From: Anthoceros angustus
Lineage: Eukaryota > Plantae > Anthocerotophyta
Length of the DNA: 64,000 bases
Assembly (NCBI GenBank): GCA_010909165.1
Contig: MU008183.1
Span: forward strand, 310,001-374,000
Direction: 5' to 3'
In this document: in pieces, positions 23,551-37,689 of the stretch
How positions within the stretch are numbered: the stretch's first letter is position 1
Layout of the letters: each line of letters opens with the position of its first letter
Program-made: the position numbers and the translations under genes
The notes under the pieces: model-generated
Databases searched by the model: none
What the model was told of the DNA's origin: nothing
The model's input: the letters and a program-made list of their open reading frames with translations, nothing else

Positions 23551-23797
23551 GCCGCCAGTCCAACTTCCTTCCGAACAGCGTGAAAGGCTCCTCACCGTCA
23601 CCTTCAACAGCTGTAAACCCTGACCTACCCTAAACATTAAACATTAAATAGGTACTGAATATGTACTTATGGAAACAGATGAGCACCACAGTCCGCCGTA
23701 AGCGAGCATGGACGGATCCTTGCGGGCTTTTTGTGAATGAAGAGCAAGGAGAACAAAGCAAGCAAGTGCGAGCCTTGGAGAAGGAGATGGCGTGGGA

Positions 23798-24686
23798 ATG
23801 AAGCGGACGAGGCAGGCGGTTGGCATGGCGGACCAAGGACGTCGTGGCGATTATGATTTTGCAGCGCTCCCGTTCGATGTGCTGAAGACCATAGCGGGGG
23901 CGTTCACGTGGCCGGACCTGTGGTCGGCGAGCAGAGTGTGCAAGGCATGGCACCAGGGGCTGGCGCCGTTGCGGGAGGGGATGATGCTGGTGCAGTGGGG
24001 GAAGAGGTTCAAGCACGGGCGGGGCGGCGTGGCGCGGAACCACGACAAGGCGCTGGAGAGCTTCACCAAGGGAGCCAAGCGGGGATGCACCGCGGCCATG
24101 GTGGACGCAGGGCTCATGCTGTGGGATCGCGGGAGGCACGAGGAAGGAATTCGGTGGTACGAGCAGGCGGCGGAGCTCGGGGATCCCACGGGCCTGTGCA
24201 ACCTCGGCCTGGCGTACCTGCACCGCGAGAAGCCGGCGGAGGCGGTGGAGTGGCTCGGCCGGGCCGCTGCCGCCGGGAATGTGCGCGCGCAGTACAGCCT
24301 CGCGCTGTGCTACCAGCAGGGCCGGGCTGCGCCGCGAGCGTGGCTATGGCGGCCGCCTGGTACCGCCGGGCGGCCGAGGGAGGATGCGTCCGGGCCATGT
24401 ACAACATGGCGCTGTGCCTGGAGGGGAAGGCGTGGCTGCCAGCACTCGGGAGGTCAGAAGGTGGATGGAGGCGGCCGCCAGATGTGGCCATGCCCGGGCG
24501 CAGTGCGATCACGGCCTCGCCTTGCTTGCGGAAGGAGACAATTGGCAAGCCCTTGCCTTCTTGGAGCTGGCCACCCGCGCCGGAGAAGCCTCTGCGACGC
24601 ACGTCCGGGATATGCTTCTTCGTCAGCTCCCTCCCCAAGAGCGGGCCAGGGCGCTCACTTGTGCCGATCGATGGCGAAGGCGGTAG
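23798..24686 (+). CDS. F-box protein with SEL1-like repeats (At1g70590-like); two apparent 1-bp frameshifts
   Basis: FAALPFDVL F-box, WGKRFKHGRGGV, AMVDAGL, SEL1 repeats. The protein continues across three frames (23792, 23908 and 24279 ORFs) with shifts near 24325 and 24430. Confidence 0.85.
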
Positions 24687-24825
24687 CTAGGTGCGTAGGT
24701 ATTTTTCGCCTCAGTTCCTTCCCGGACGTTCATAAATTTTAAATTATTCTTCTTCCTCCTCCGTTCGTCGGAGAACACACTACCAAGAAACCGGTGTGGC
24801 ATACATATGTTACGTTATGTATCAC

Positions 24826-25174
24826 CCGGTCACTAAAGTTCGTCCCCGGTTTAACCCCAAGTTGACGGGATGTTTTCAGGGTATTTTTGGTCGAATAAAT
24901 GGGGAAAATTATATACGGCGATGATGAAGCGATTCGTTTTTCCCGACTAGGTACATGACAGGTCATGGTCGCTTTCATACCTTCAGTCCCTCGGCCAGAG
25001 AGCTTGACCTTAGGTTTAGGGTTTGTGCACGGATCATGCCCCTGATGGGCCCTAGGATAGCCTATACCCTCAACCGGCCGCGGCCCCGGGAAACTTCCCA
25101 GTCGGAGGAGAGAGGTAATGATGGGTCCAGCACTTCAAGGCAACGCAGACGGACGGACCAACTTTAGTGACCGG
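24826..25174. mobile_element. MITE-like element bounded by a 15-bp perfect inverted repeat
   Basis: ccggtcactaaagtt (24826-24840) and aactttagtgaccgg (25160-25174); no coding capacity and no clear TSD. Confidence 0.5.
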
Positions 25175-25558
25175 CCTGAGGGATGTCCGGATTGCATACA
25201 GAGCTTGAGCTAAGGGGGCTAATGTACAGTTGACAGAAAATGTTTTGAAACAGCTCGAATGAAGCGCTGTAAGAGAAAAGGCCGAGCCATCACCAAAAGT
25301 ATGGTTTTAGAGACGCGTGGAGGCAGAGCCTAAATAAATATCCACGGCCTACCCGGCTCGTCGTGCCGACGTGACTCCGCTAGCAAATGCGGAAGTGACG
25401 CGGCGGGAGGGGGAAAACAAAACCCTCGCCTATAGGTATCATAAACGGTGATTCCGTCAGCAATTGGAACCGTTCGAGCCCGTCGACGCAACCCGTTGCC
25501 CCGCATGCAAGGACATGCTCCAGGATTGCAAGATGGGAAAATTGCCATAATTTAATCC

Positions 25559-28775
<3,217 letters not shown>

Positions 28776-29199
28776 GACCGACGGACAAGCGCACCACAGC
28801 AGACTGGAGCCGTGACTCCTCAAAACCTACCTCCCATGCTAACGCCTGATATTGCCGGCCGTGTCATGGTTGCCAGTGCTGTCCCCAGCCGCAGCACCAG
28901 CCTCTCCTCTTCCCTGCCAGCTTCCACCAATCGGGAGTAGCTCGGCAGATCAATCCATGCTGCGGCTGCTCGCGCTTCGACGGCCCAATTCCAAGCTATG
29001 TTGCAACCGGCTGCCGGACGCACCACCGCTCCGACCGGTCACCACACTGTTATAGAATTATGGGTCATTTTCCGCACAAATTTAGTACCCGCCTGGACTT
29101 CATACTCAGATAGAAAAACCGTAGGGGTCACTAGGTAATGCACATATGAGACGTACATACCTAGGTATCTATACCAACGTGGGCTAAAACCAATATATA

Positions 29200-29352
29200 T
29201 ATGGGATGAGAAACTTATCATCTCAGGGACCTAGGTTGCTTAAGGTAGATAATGGCCGGGGCTAGTTCCCTTGGCCCGGGGTTCTCTAGAGTGCTATTCC
29301 CGACCCTCAGTGTAGATGGGACTTCTCATCTTTGCATATTTATAAGGTCTCC
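29200..29352 (+). mobile_element. Short CRE-related 3'-end fragment
   Basis: ggggctag, gtagatggg and terminal ataaggtctcc resemble the 3' ends at 6087 and 57802; 29281-29352 matches the reverse complement of 52659-52732. Confidence 0.6.
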
Positions 29353-30013
29353 ATTTTACCACTATCATGCATAACATTTTCCCAAATATGTAACTATAAA
29401 ACAGCATATTCATATGCACATTATTACGTGATATTAAAAAATATATTTAATAGAAAAAGATGAAATAATCGATCAAACCTAGGACAATGTGGAGGGAGCC
29501 CCCTAAGCTTATTGTGGAGAACTATATATGTTAGCCCAGAGACGTTAGACCAAAAAACTCATCTCAGTATGATGTATTAGCATATGGGTAGGATACATGT
29601 CACTACATAATAGAAATTTTATGTTACTACATATCTCCAAAATAAATTGAAAAAAGGACATGTGTATTGAATGAATGATTTTGTGAAGTACATGTATGGA
29701 TAAATTTTGTTAATTTTCACATACTTCAATATATTACATGGGTACATATGTATTGAGATGTAAATCCATCATTTTGTTCGAAATCGTTTCATTATATTAG
29801 TCATAGTAATTATATAATATTTTTCTATATTCCCTTGATAAACATACACCTTGGGACTGCATAAGCAAGATATAAGAATAAATATTTAGTTAGCTTGTTT
29901 AATTGTTGGATGAATTATCGAGATCTAATAGCTGGGTATGTTATATATGTAGTTGTAGAAGAAATGTTGAAAGTCTTGTTCCCTTATCTCTTGTTATTTG
30001 GTGGAAGCTTTCT

Positions 30014-31685
30014 ATGGAAGGATTATGGCTTTGGTTGGTTATTGTTTTATTTTTTTGCTCAAGTAATGTAGTATATTCAGGTAAGAATGATGCTTTACTT
30101 GAGAAACATGAAGATGTGATGCATTTTTGCTCAAATTGCTAGGAGTGCAGTGAATATTCTAGAATTCATAATATTGGTCTTGCAATTTATTCAATTATAC
30201 GCAAATGTGGTTGCAGGCTATACAAAGTTCCCTTCTTTCAACACTCTTGATTTGGCACCTAGTCTTGGAAGTACATCAAATTTTACTTGTAAATGCACTT
30301 GTAGGGCCCCTCCCTCACCTACTCCATCCGAGGTTATGGCACCTTCACCTGGTCTATGTAGTTCAAGCAATCATGAAGGCTACAATGGAACCAAAGTTGG
30401 AGGTTTTATAATTGGAAAAGATTATGTGCAGTGGAACGATGATTACAACAAAGATCTGCTTGCAGATGGACTTGAAATATTGACAGGCATAGGTCCATTT
30501 TGCCCTATGTGTGATGCGTTTGCACCAGGCGGTGTGGATTACGGTGGAAATCTTGGTGGTGGTGGTTTTAATGCTGGTGATGGTGGTTTCGGAGGTGGTG
30601 GTGGTCATAGTCAAGCTCGTCAGATTCGGAGCGTGGTTCCTGAACATCGTCGTTGGCAAATTGTGAAGAAAAACAAACGAGTTATAGTAGATATCACAGT
30701 GGAAGACTTTGCAGTTTGGCCATGCCCCTTAGAAGAGGAAGCAGAAGATCCTACCGTCATAAATGAAGATGCATTGGGCAATACTGTTATTGGTTCCGAG
30801 CTTGTAGTTACAGATTTTGTAGCAGAAATAGCATTTATGGCTGCAGGTGGTACTGTAGGTGCTAGTTGGCTAGTACATCATGGTAGCAATGGAGGTGGCA
30901 GTGGCAATACTCCAATTCTTCCCTCTCCAATCTCTAGTGCACCTCCTTCATATGTTGCTCCAACTGTATCTCCACCTTTTGTTCCCTCCATTGCTCCAAC
31001 TCTTTCTCCGCCTCTTAGTCCAGACTTTTCAATTTCTCCAGATATCTCCCCATCATTTTCTCCAGATACCCCATCATTTTCTCCAGATACCCCATCATTT
31101 TCTCCAGATACCCCATCATTTTCTCCAGATATCTTCCCACCATTTTCCCCATCTAATGCTCCTGAGCCAATGTTTTCTCCCTTCAGTGCTCCTCCACCTT
31201 CCAACTCTACTCATCATCATCATCATCCACCACACCCCCGTCCTCGTCCTCGTCCTCATCCTCACCATCCTCCTCACTCCAACTCTACTCATCCACCACC
31301 ACCTTTCAACTCTACTCATACTCCACCACCTCATTCCAACTCTACTCATCCACCACCACCTTCCAACTCCACTCATCCTCCACCACCTCGTTCCATTCAT
31401 CCCCATCCTCCACCACCTCGTTCCATTCATCCCCACCCTCCACCACCTCATTCCATTCATCCGCATCCTCCACCACCTCATTCCATTCATCCGCATCCTC
31501 CACCACCTCATTCCATTCATCCGCATCCTCCACCACCTCATTCTATTCATCGCCATGCTCCACCACCTCATTCGATTCATCCCCATCCCCCACCCCCTCA
31601 TTCCATTCATCCCCATCCTCCAATACCTCCTTCCAATCCGCATTCACCACCACCTTTCAACTCCACAGCTCCTCCATCACCTTAG
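30014..31685 (+). CDS. Secreted chimeric proline/histidine-rich (extensin-like) protein, 2 exons
   Basis: Signal-peptide exon MEGLWLWLVIVLFFCSSNVVYS (30014-30080, gtaag donor) splices in frame at 30217. Cys-containing and Gly-rich globular middle; SPDTPSF and SIHPHPPPPH repeats. Confidence 0.8.
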
Positions 31686-32059
31686 TCCGTTCATCCCCAA
31701 CCTCCACCGCCTCACTCCAGTCATCTCTAGCCTTGCCTCCATAGCCTCACTCTACTCATCCCTAGCCTCGCCTCCACCGCCTCACTCCATTTATCCTCAT
31801 CCTCCACCTCTTGGAGACTCCATTTATCCCCATTCTCCACCGTATCTCTCCATTCATACATCTTTCCACTTATTTGATATAGGTTCTCCAAAATTCATCC
31901 ACTAGCTATATAACCTCACCATATCTTCTCTTGCCTCCTTTTTGGACCCCTACACATCGATAGTATAATATGTTCAATGATTATATGGTATGGTTCAATA
32001 TTTATGCTTCCAAGCTTAAAACATTATATTATCTCTTACATCGATGGTCTTGCTGGAAC

Positions 32060-33124
32060 TCTACTCTCCTTATTCTTTGTTCCCTATTTAAAATGGACTC
32101 ATCCTTGTTCAATAATTCTATAAATATAAAATTATCCCATCCCACTGCCCCAAGAGGCTCGAGAACTGCTTTCATGGAGGAGGCTTCACGTTTCGAACTC
32201 CAAGCCCTCACCCTCCAATTGTCAACCTCCTCGTTGATTTAACTCTTTTCGGCACAGGTACGTGCCAAATTTTGGCTTCTCCATTCTCCCCATGTTGACC
32301 CATCTTGTAAACTAGCTCCCCTCACCCCTCTCATCTCTATTCGAAGATGCCTATATGCCAACATTGTGAATCGTACACCCAAAACTGCTCTGTCCAATTT
32401 CGGTCTTTTTTCTGCTAACATCTAGACTCCTAAGGACCTTCGTGCACTATGTATGTCTCCCCTCCTTTCTGATCAACCGGAACTCGGAGTCTCTGGTACC
32501 CTCTCATCGAAAGTGCCCGTCAACTTCTAAGGTATCCCTCCCAGCAGCAGTGAGCTGAGTTCTTTACCTCCGACCCCCGTGGGTCTAACGGACTTATGTG
32601 GTAGGCTCTCCAATTCGGTTGACCCACATTTCTTGCTCTTCACTGTGATGCTCCCTATTTATGATCCTCGTCTAATTTTTGTTTTGCTGGTGGAACTCAT
32701 TAAAGTAGAGGTGCTCCAGATGGCTTGTCATAACACTCTGAAATTTAAAGTCATTGCCCCACACTTACCACAATTCGTGGTTAAACATCCTCCTGAGATT
32801 AACTCAATCTCGCCCAACCTTCCCTTCACTGTTCAGTTCTCCCAAGCCTTGTATAACGCTATGCAGGGTGAGTGGAGTGAGCATCGACTATACAATTTTT
32901 GGGTCTCCGCACACGCTGTTCGCAACATCCGCTTAAACACATACACAAGGCACTCTCCGTATTCCACCGAACGTCAACCTGCTCCTTCACAATCTACTCG
33001 AACAACAAGCCATCTTGGACATTATGAAGTCATCTCTGGCCTAGTTTCTTGTGCGAAGGCAACCTTCTTAGATTCAGGTCAGTCAGCTGTAGACTCATTC
33101 GGCTTATTCGAGTATTCGGAGTAA
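32060..33124 (+). pseudogene. Decayed long reading frame of unknown identity, possibly TE-derived
   Basis: ORFs 31970-32242 and 32579-33124 lie in a nearly continuous frame broken by a few stops; no motif recognised. Confidence 0.3.
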
Positions 33125-33689
33125 TTTTAGTATAGTGTATTCTCTCTTTATGATTTATCGAGCTAATTTATCACCCAAAAAAAGAAAATGCTATAAATAT
33201 GGTAATTGATTAAAAAATATAATATTTCTTGGAATTTGACACATCTTTTTACCATCGTAGTTGATATAATTATTAGGCACTTGCTCCCTAATAGATTATT
33301 TTTTTGGGGTATAGACCATTAGGAAAAGTTAAAAGTAATTTATAGAATTTGGCACTTCAAAATATGTGTATATATATGACATAGGATTCCTCTACACAAA
33401 AGTTTTAAGCATATAGTTTTGTAAAATTTAAGCACTAATAGGAAAAATATTCATATTACGAGATAGAAGTACATATTATTTTTGTCGAATGGACATATCA
33501 ATTACGGTATGTTGCTACTTAAAGTGAAAATCAAGAAAATAGTAACTATTATTTTCTCCTATTTGCTATCTCATTATGAGTGGATCTTTGATTATATCAT
33601 ATTTTTCAATTTTATATCGCTTTAAATTTTATTCCAAAATACTAGATAGTCTACATGAAATTTCCTTCTCATTGTTAGCTATTATTGCA

Positions 33690-34680
33690 TGTGTTCCCCC
33701 ACTGCGATTTCGCACCCGCAATGGACTCCTATCCTCCCCTCTCCCAGTCTCCCCACTCGCCCTAGGGTCCTCACTTATGTTAACAAAAGTATTTGTTCTA
33801 GTAGTATTTCTCCCCGCTAGGACCTCTTTAATCATCTTGATATCCAATGTGTCCAGGTCTCTTGCCCAAGTCAGGTCGTTCACTTTGTTAATCTCTACAA
33901 TCCCCCTGACTTTGATAGTACCATTCGCATTCTCACACCCCATGCCTCCTTCCTTTCCCACCATTGTTTTACTCTCAGGGATTTCAATCTCCATCATCCT
34001 TTGTGGGAATCTTCTTCATCTAATGAAATCATTTCCTCGGCGGCTGATGAGTTTGCCCTCTTCATTAACACCACTCCTCTCTTCCTCCTAACTCCGCCAG
34101 ATTGCCCCATTTATGTGTCTTCCTGCAATAACCCTTCTACTTTGGATCTAACTCTTTCCTCTGATGATGTGCGTCACTTGGTACACTTCTGTAACATTCT
34201 TCCTGATCTTGAGGCAGAGTCTGACCACAAAGTTATTGGTTTAATCCTCACTATTCCTCCCTCCTCACAACCTCTCCCCCCTCCGTCTCCACCCCGCCTT
34301 AACGGTAGAGCTGTTGACGGGGTCAAATTTTTCTCCACTTTAGCTGCTGAAATTTCCACTAACTTGGTCGGTTTAGGTCTCCCTCAGACCCCCTCTCAGA
34401 TTGATCACCTAGTTGCGCAAGTCACCTCTCTCTCCAAAGGGCACCCCCTCCAGCGCGCCTCACCTCCATGCTAAACCTTGGTGGTCTCCTACCCTGTCCT
34501 CTTTGCGTAAGGGACTAGCTCGGGCACGCTGGATTATGCGCACCACTAATAGTTCATCGGACATTGCGATTTTTCGGACAGCCAGAAATGAGTACTTTCG
34601 TATGGTAAAATTCTTGCAGAGGCTAACGACTCAGATATTTGGAGGATTTATCGGACTACTTAGAGGCCTAGTGCTGTGTC
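33690..34680 (+). mobile_element. Degenerate APE-type LINE fragment (Tad1/I-group-like endonuclease and linker; RT absent)
   Basis: PRVLTYVNK, NLYN, (G>R)DFNLHHPLW, STLDLT, SDHKVI, then KPWWSPTLSSLRK...ARNEY and DIWRIYR. Confidence 0.8.
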
Positions 34681-35469
34681 TGGTGCTGATTTATTTGGTT
34701 TTGCTTCTAACTGCGTGGTTTTCCCCCACCCCGTTGAGGGGTGTTACTTCACACTACTATTCCTTACTCACCACAACAAAATGGTCGTGCGGAAATACAA
34801 AATAATAACGGTATATAGGTAGCCGGTGTTGGTTTTTACAGAATTGCGATGTGCTAGTAGCGAGAAACACTCGATAAGCTGAGGCAGGCTCCCCTTGGAC
34901 CGTTTATTCTAGGCGGCACCGCTTCCTGATAGAACAGAGAACCCAGGCATTCTTCATCTAATTTCGTGAGGTCGATCCCGAGGATGATGTAGCGGCTGCG
35001 TCGACTACATCCTTGAAGGGATCAGGACCTGGCACGCCTTGGACGAGTGTCGGACACGCCATGGCAGGCCTCCTCAAGCTGTTACGGGAGAAGGGTATTG
35101 TCGCTTTGCTCAGGGAGGCAAAGCAGAGCGGTCTTGTGTAAGTCTGGGATGAGCTTAGCTGCGGGCCAGCTTGTTTCTAGCAATTGTCAAGGATCGTATG
35201 GAATGCTGATGGTATGCTCTGATTTTGATTCGGTAGTTTGGCGTCTGTTTAGCTGTGGCAACAGCATGGTAACAGATCTCTCGTCTCCCGTGCAGGAAGG
35301 GCATTATCGATGGGAACCTGTTGTAAGTATGCTGGAGCTCTTGCCCCTTCTTGTGTGCTGGAAGCTTGTTGCTTTGTCCCGGTCTTGGATTGAGGTTTGG
35401 CACGTAGATGTTGTACACGGGGTCCGTGAAATTTTGTTAGGGTTCGGTTACGCTTGAAAAGAGGTGGTG

Positions 35470-36143
35470 TGTCGAAATTGTCGGCCTGGTTGAAGAGGTA
35501 GGTAGGGTTGAGTGCGAATCGATGGTGAGGTTGTTGTGGTGGATGCTTGGGGTTCTTAAAGGCACACCAAGTTGCGGGAATTCGATGGAGCCAAGCTGAA
35601 GGGAGTTGATCGGTTTGGCAACAAGTATTTTGAGAAAATTGCCAACACGCAGTTTGGTGAGTTGGTGTGGTTCACTGCCCTGCAATTTTTCTTCTGCACG
35701 AGAACTTTATGGTAGGATTGTCTTGCACAGTGCTACATCCGCTGCTGCGAAATCCCTTGTGTGCAGGAAGACATCGATGGGTAGAGTACGGTGACAAGAA
35801 AGCTTACGATGCTTCTTCAGTGCCACCAGAGTGGCATGGCTGGTTGCACTACATCACCGACCACACCCCTGAAGAGGTGTGTACCTTCACATCCCCTTTC
35901 TCTTATCCCTCCCATGTAACCATGCCTCCCTTCCATCAATCATAGCATCTGGCCTCCGCGGTTTGGTAACATCTTCCTTCCTCCCTAATGCAGCTTAAGG
36001 GCTTAAGGCCAACACGCTACGGGGTCGAGCACCGGCCAAATCAAACAGGCGAGGGAGATGATGTGATCTACCACCCCAAGGGCAGTGTAACGAACCCCAA
36101 GCAGCGTGACTGGAAGAAGTACGATCCATGGCAGCCTAGCTAG
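35470..36143 (+). CDS. NDUFA12: NADH:ubiquinone oxidoreductase subunit B17.2 (NDUFA12); first exon uncertain
   Basis: Exons 35562-35656, 35767-35876 and 35994-36143 encode [53 protein letters not shown]. Confidence 0.9.
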
Positions 36144-36149
36144 TGTGCT

Positions 36150-36998
36150 GTCTAGCAACTGGTTTCGAAACCAGTTGCAGCCTTGCGTGCGCCTGTTGAG
36201 ATTGTTGTGTGCACTGATCTCCACTAAGCCACATTGCAGTGGAGCCTGCATGGTGTCCTTCTCCACCCATCGGTGGTTCTCCACAGACGGAACTCTCCCT
36301 CAAATTGTGTTAACCATAGTGACTCCCATACCAAGCAAAGAATCTAGGACTCACTTATGCACTGCGCCACCTGACGCAACAAGACTTCCCCCTTGTGTGT
36401 GCCGGGGTCCACGACTCTTCGGGCGTGTGCAAGCCGATTGCAGACTAAACGGCCTCCGCCTCCCGGGTAATGAACCCCAATGAGAACCGCACGGTTCTCA
36501 ATATGGCCGAATGGTTCCCGGGTTCCGCACCCTAACCAGAAGCCATCGCCATGCGGAGAGAAAGGAGGGGAAGATAAAAAAAACCTTGACCCGCACCTCA
36601 TCTGGGAACTGATCCTCCAGGAGAGCTCTCGAATTCGGTTTGGCAAGGAGGTCACAGCAGACATAAGCGCGGCGGAGATGCTTGGCTGCCTTTGCGGCCC
36701 GGGAGAAGAGCTCCCTGGTGCCATCCATGCTCCAATTCACGCGGTCCGAGAGCACGCGCACCCGCGCGGAACTGAGCCCCTTCTCCAACCCGGCCACCAG
36801 CTTCGCGTGCTGCAGGCACCAGCCCGGCCGACTCGGCACCCGGAAATGCGTTCGGCGAATGCGCTGCCTCAGGCTGTCGCTGGGCCAGGACCCCGCGTCC
36901 CGATCCGCGACCAGGATCGCTTCCCCCGGGAGCGCGCGCAAGGCCGGCAGCAGGAGGGCGATGCGCGGGAGCTGCCCGCCATCTGCTCCCCCGTCCAT
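36150..36998 (-). CDS. Uncharacterised protein, multi-exon; 3' exons uncertain
   Basis: GC-rich exon 36597-36998 (MDGGADGGQLPRIALLLPALRALPGE...LEDQFPDE) ends at a GT donor; coding-like sequence continues at about 36350-36500. Confidence 0.45.
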
Positions 36999-37689
36999 GC
37001 CATCCCTCCTCCAGCTCTTCGCAGCTGCGTCTAACGGACCCGGACAGTTTCTCCTCAAGACATCGGAGGACGACTCGAAACAAATTTTTCATGAAAGGTC
37101 TCCGTTAAGGAGCGACTTTGAAGCTCCTGGAAGGTTTGAAGTTTTGTTTTGGAGAAAGTTGATGAGGTTTTGATAGGTCACGGGCCACGGGGTTACGGTT
37201 ACGGCCAACAGGGTTACCCGCAAGAATGATGTTACACTAGCCTCCTATGTTCCTGCGATGTTACACTAACCTATATTCCTACGATGTACCCTCCGGGTCG
37301 AGACCTCAACTGTTCCGTCACTTGTCACAGACCTAAATGTCTCCTTCACTCGTCCAAGCCCTCAGAGCTCCTCCCTTCACCCGTCAGAGACTTCAATACG
37401 TCCTTGACTCCTTCGGCCCCAGAATGCTTCTTTCGCTCGTGATAAGCCTGAACATTCTGTTCCTGTAGTCAGAACAGAACAGATAGATCAATTCCCTCAA
37501 TCGTACCCTGAGAGCACTTCAGACCACACAACACGTAGAACCACACCTTCACTCGTTCAGAGCATAGAAACCCCAAGAACCACTCCTCCACTCCTCCACT
37601 CCTCACACAGCCTGAACGCTTCCTTCACGCGTGATAGGCCTCAACATTTCCTTCACTTGTCAGATCAAACAGCGCTCGAAATTCTTCCT

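Noticed and set aside
30878-31905. Repetitive ORFs (MRWW.., ILHHL.., ENDG..) overlapping the HRGP
   Set aside because: Alternative-frame readings of the same Pro/His repeat.
36480-37173. Plus-strand ORFs 36480-37034 and 36682-37173
   Set aside because: Probably antisense shadows of the GC-rich minus-strand exon; no recognisable domain.
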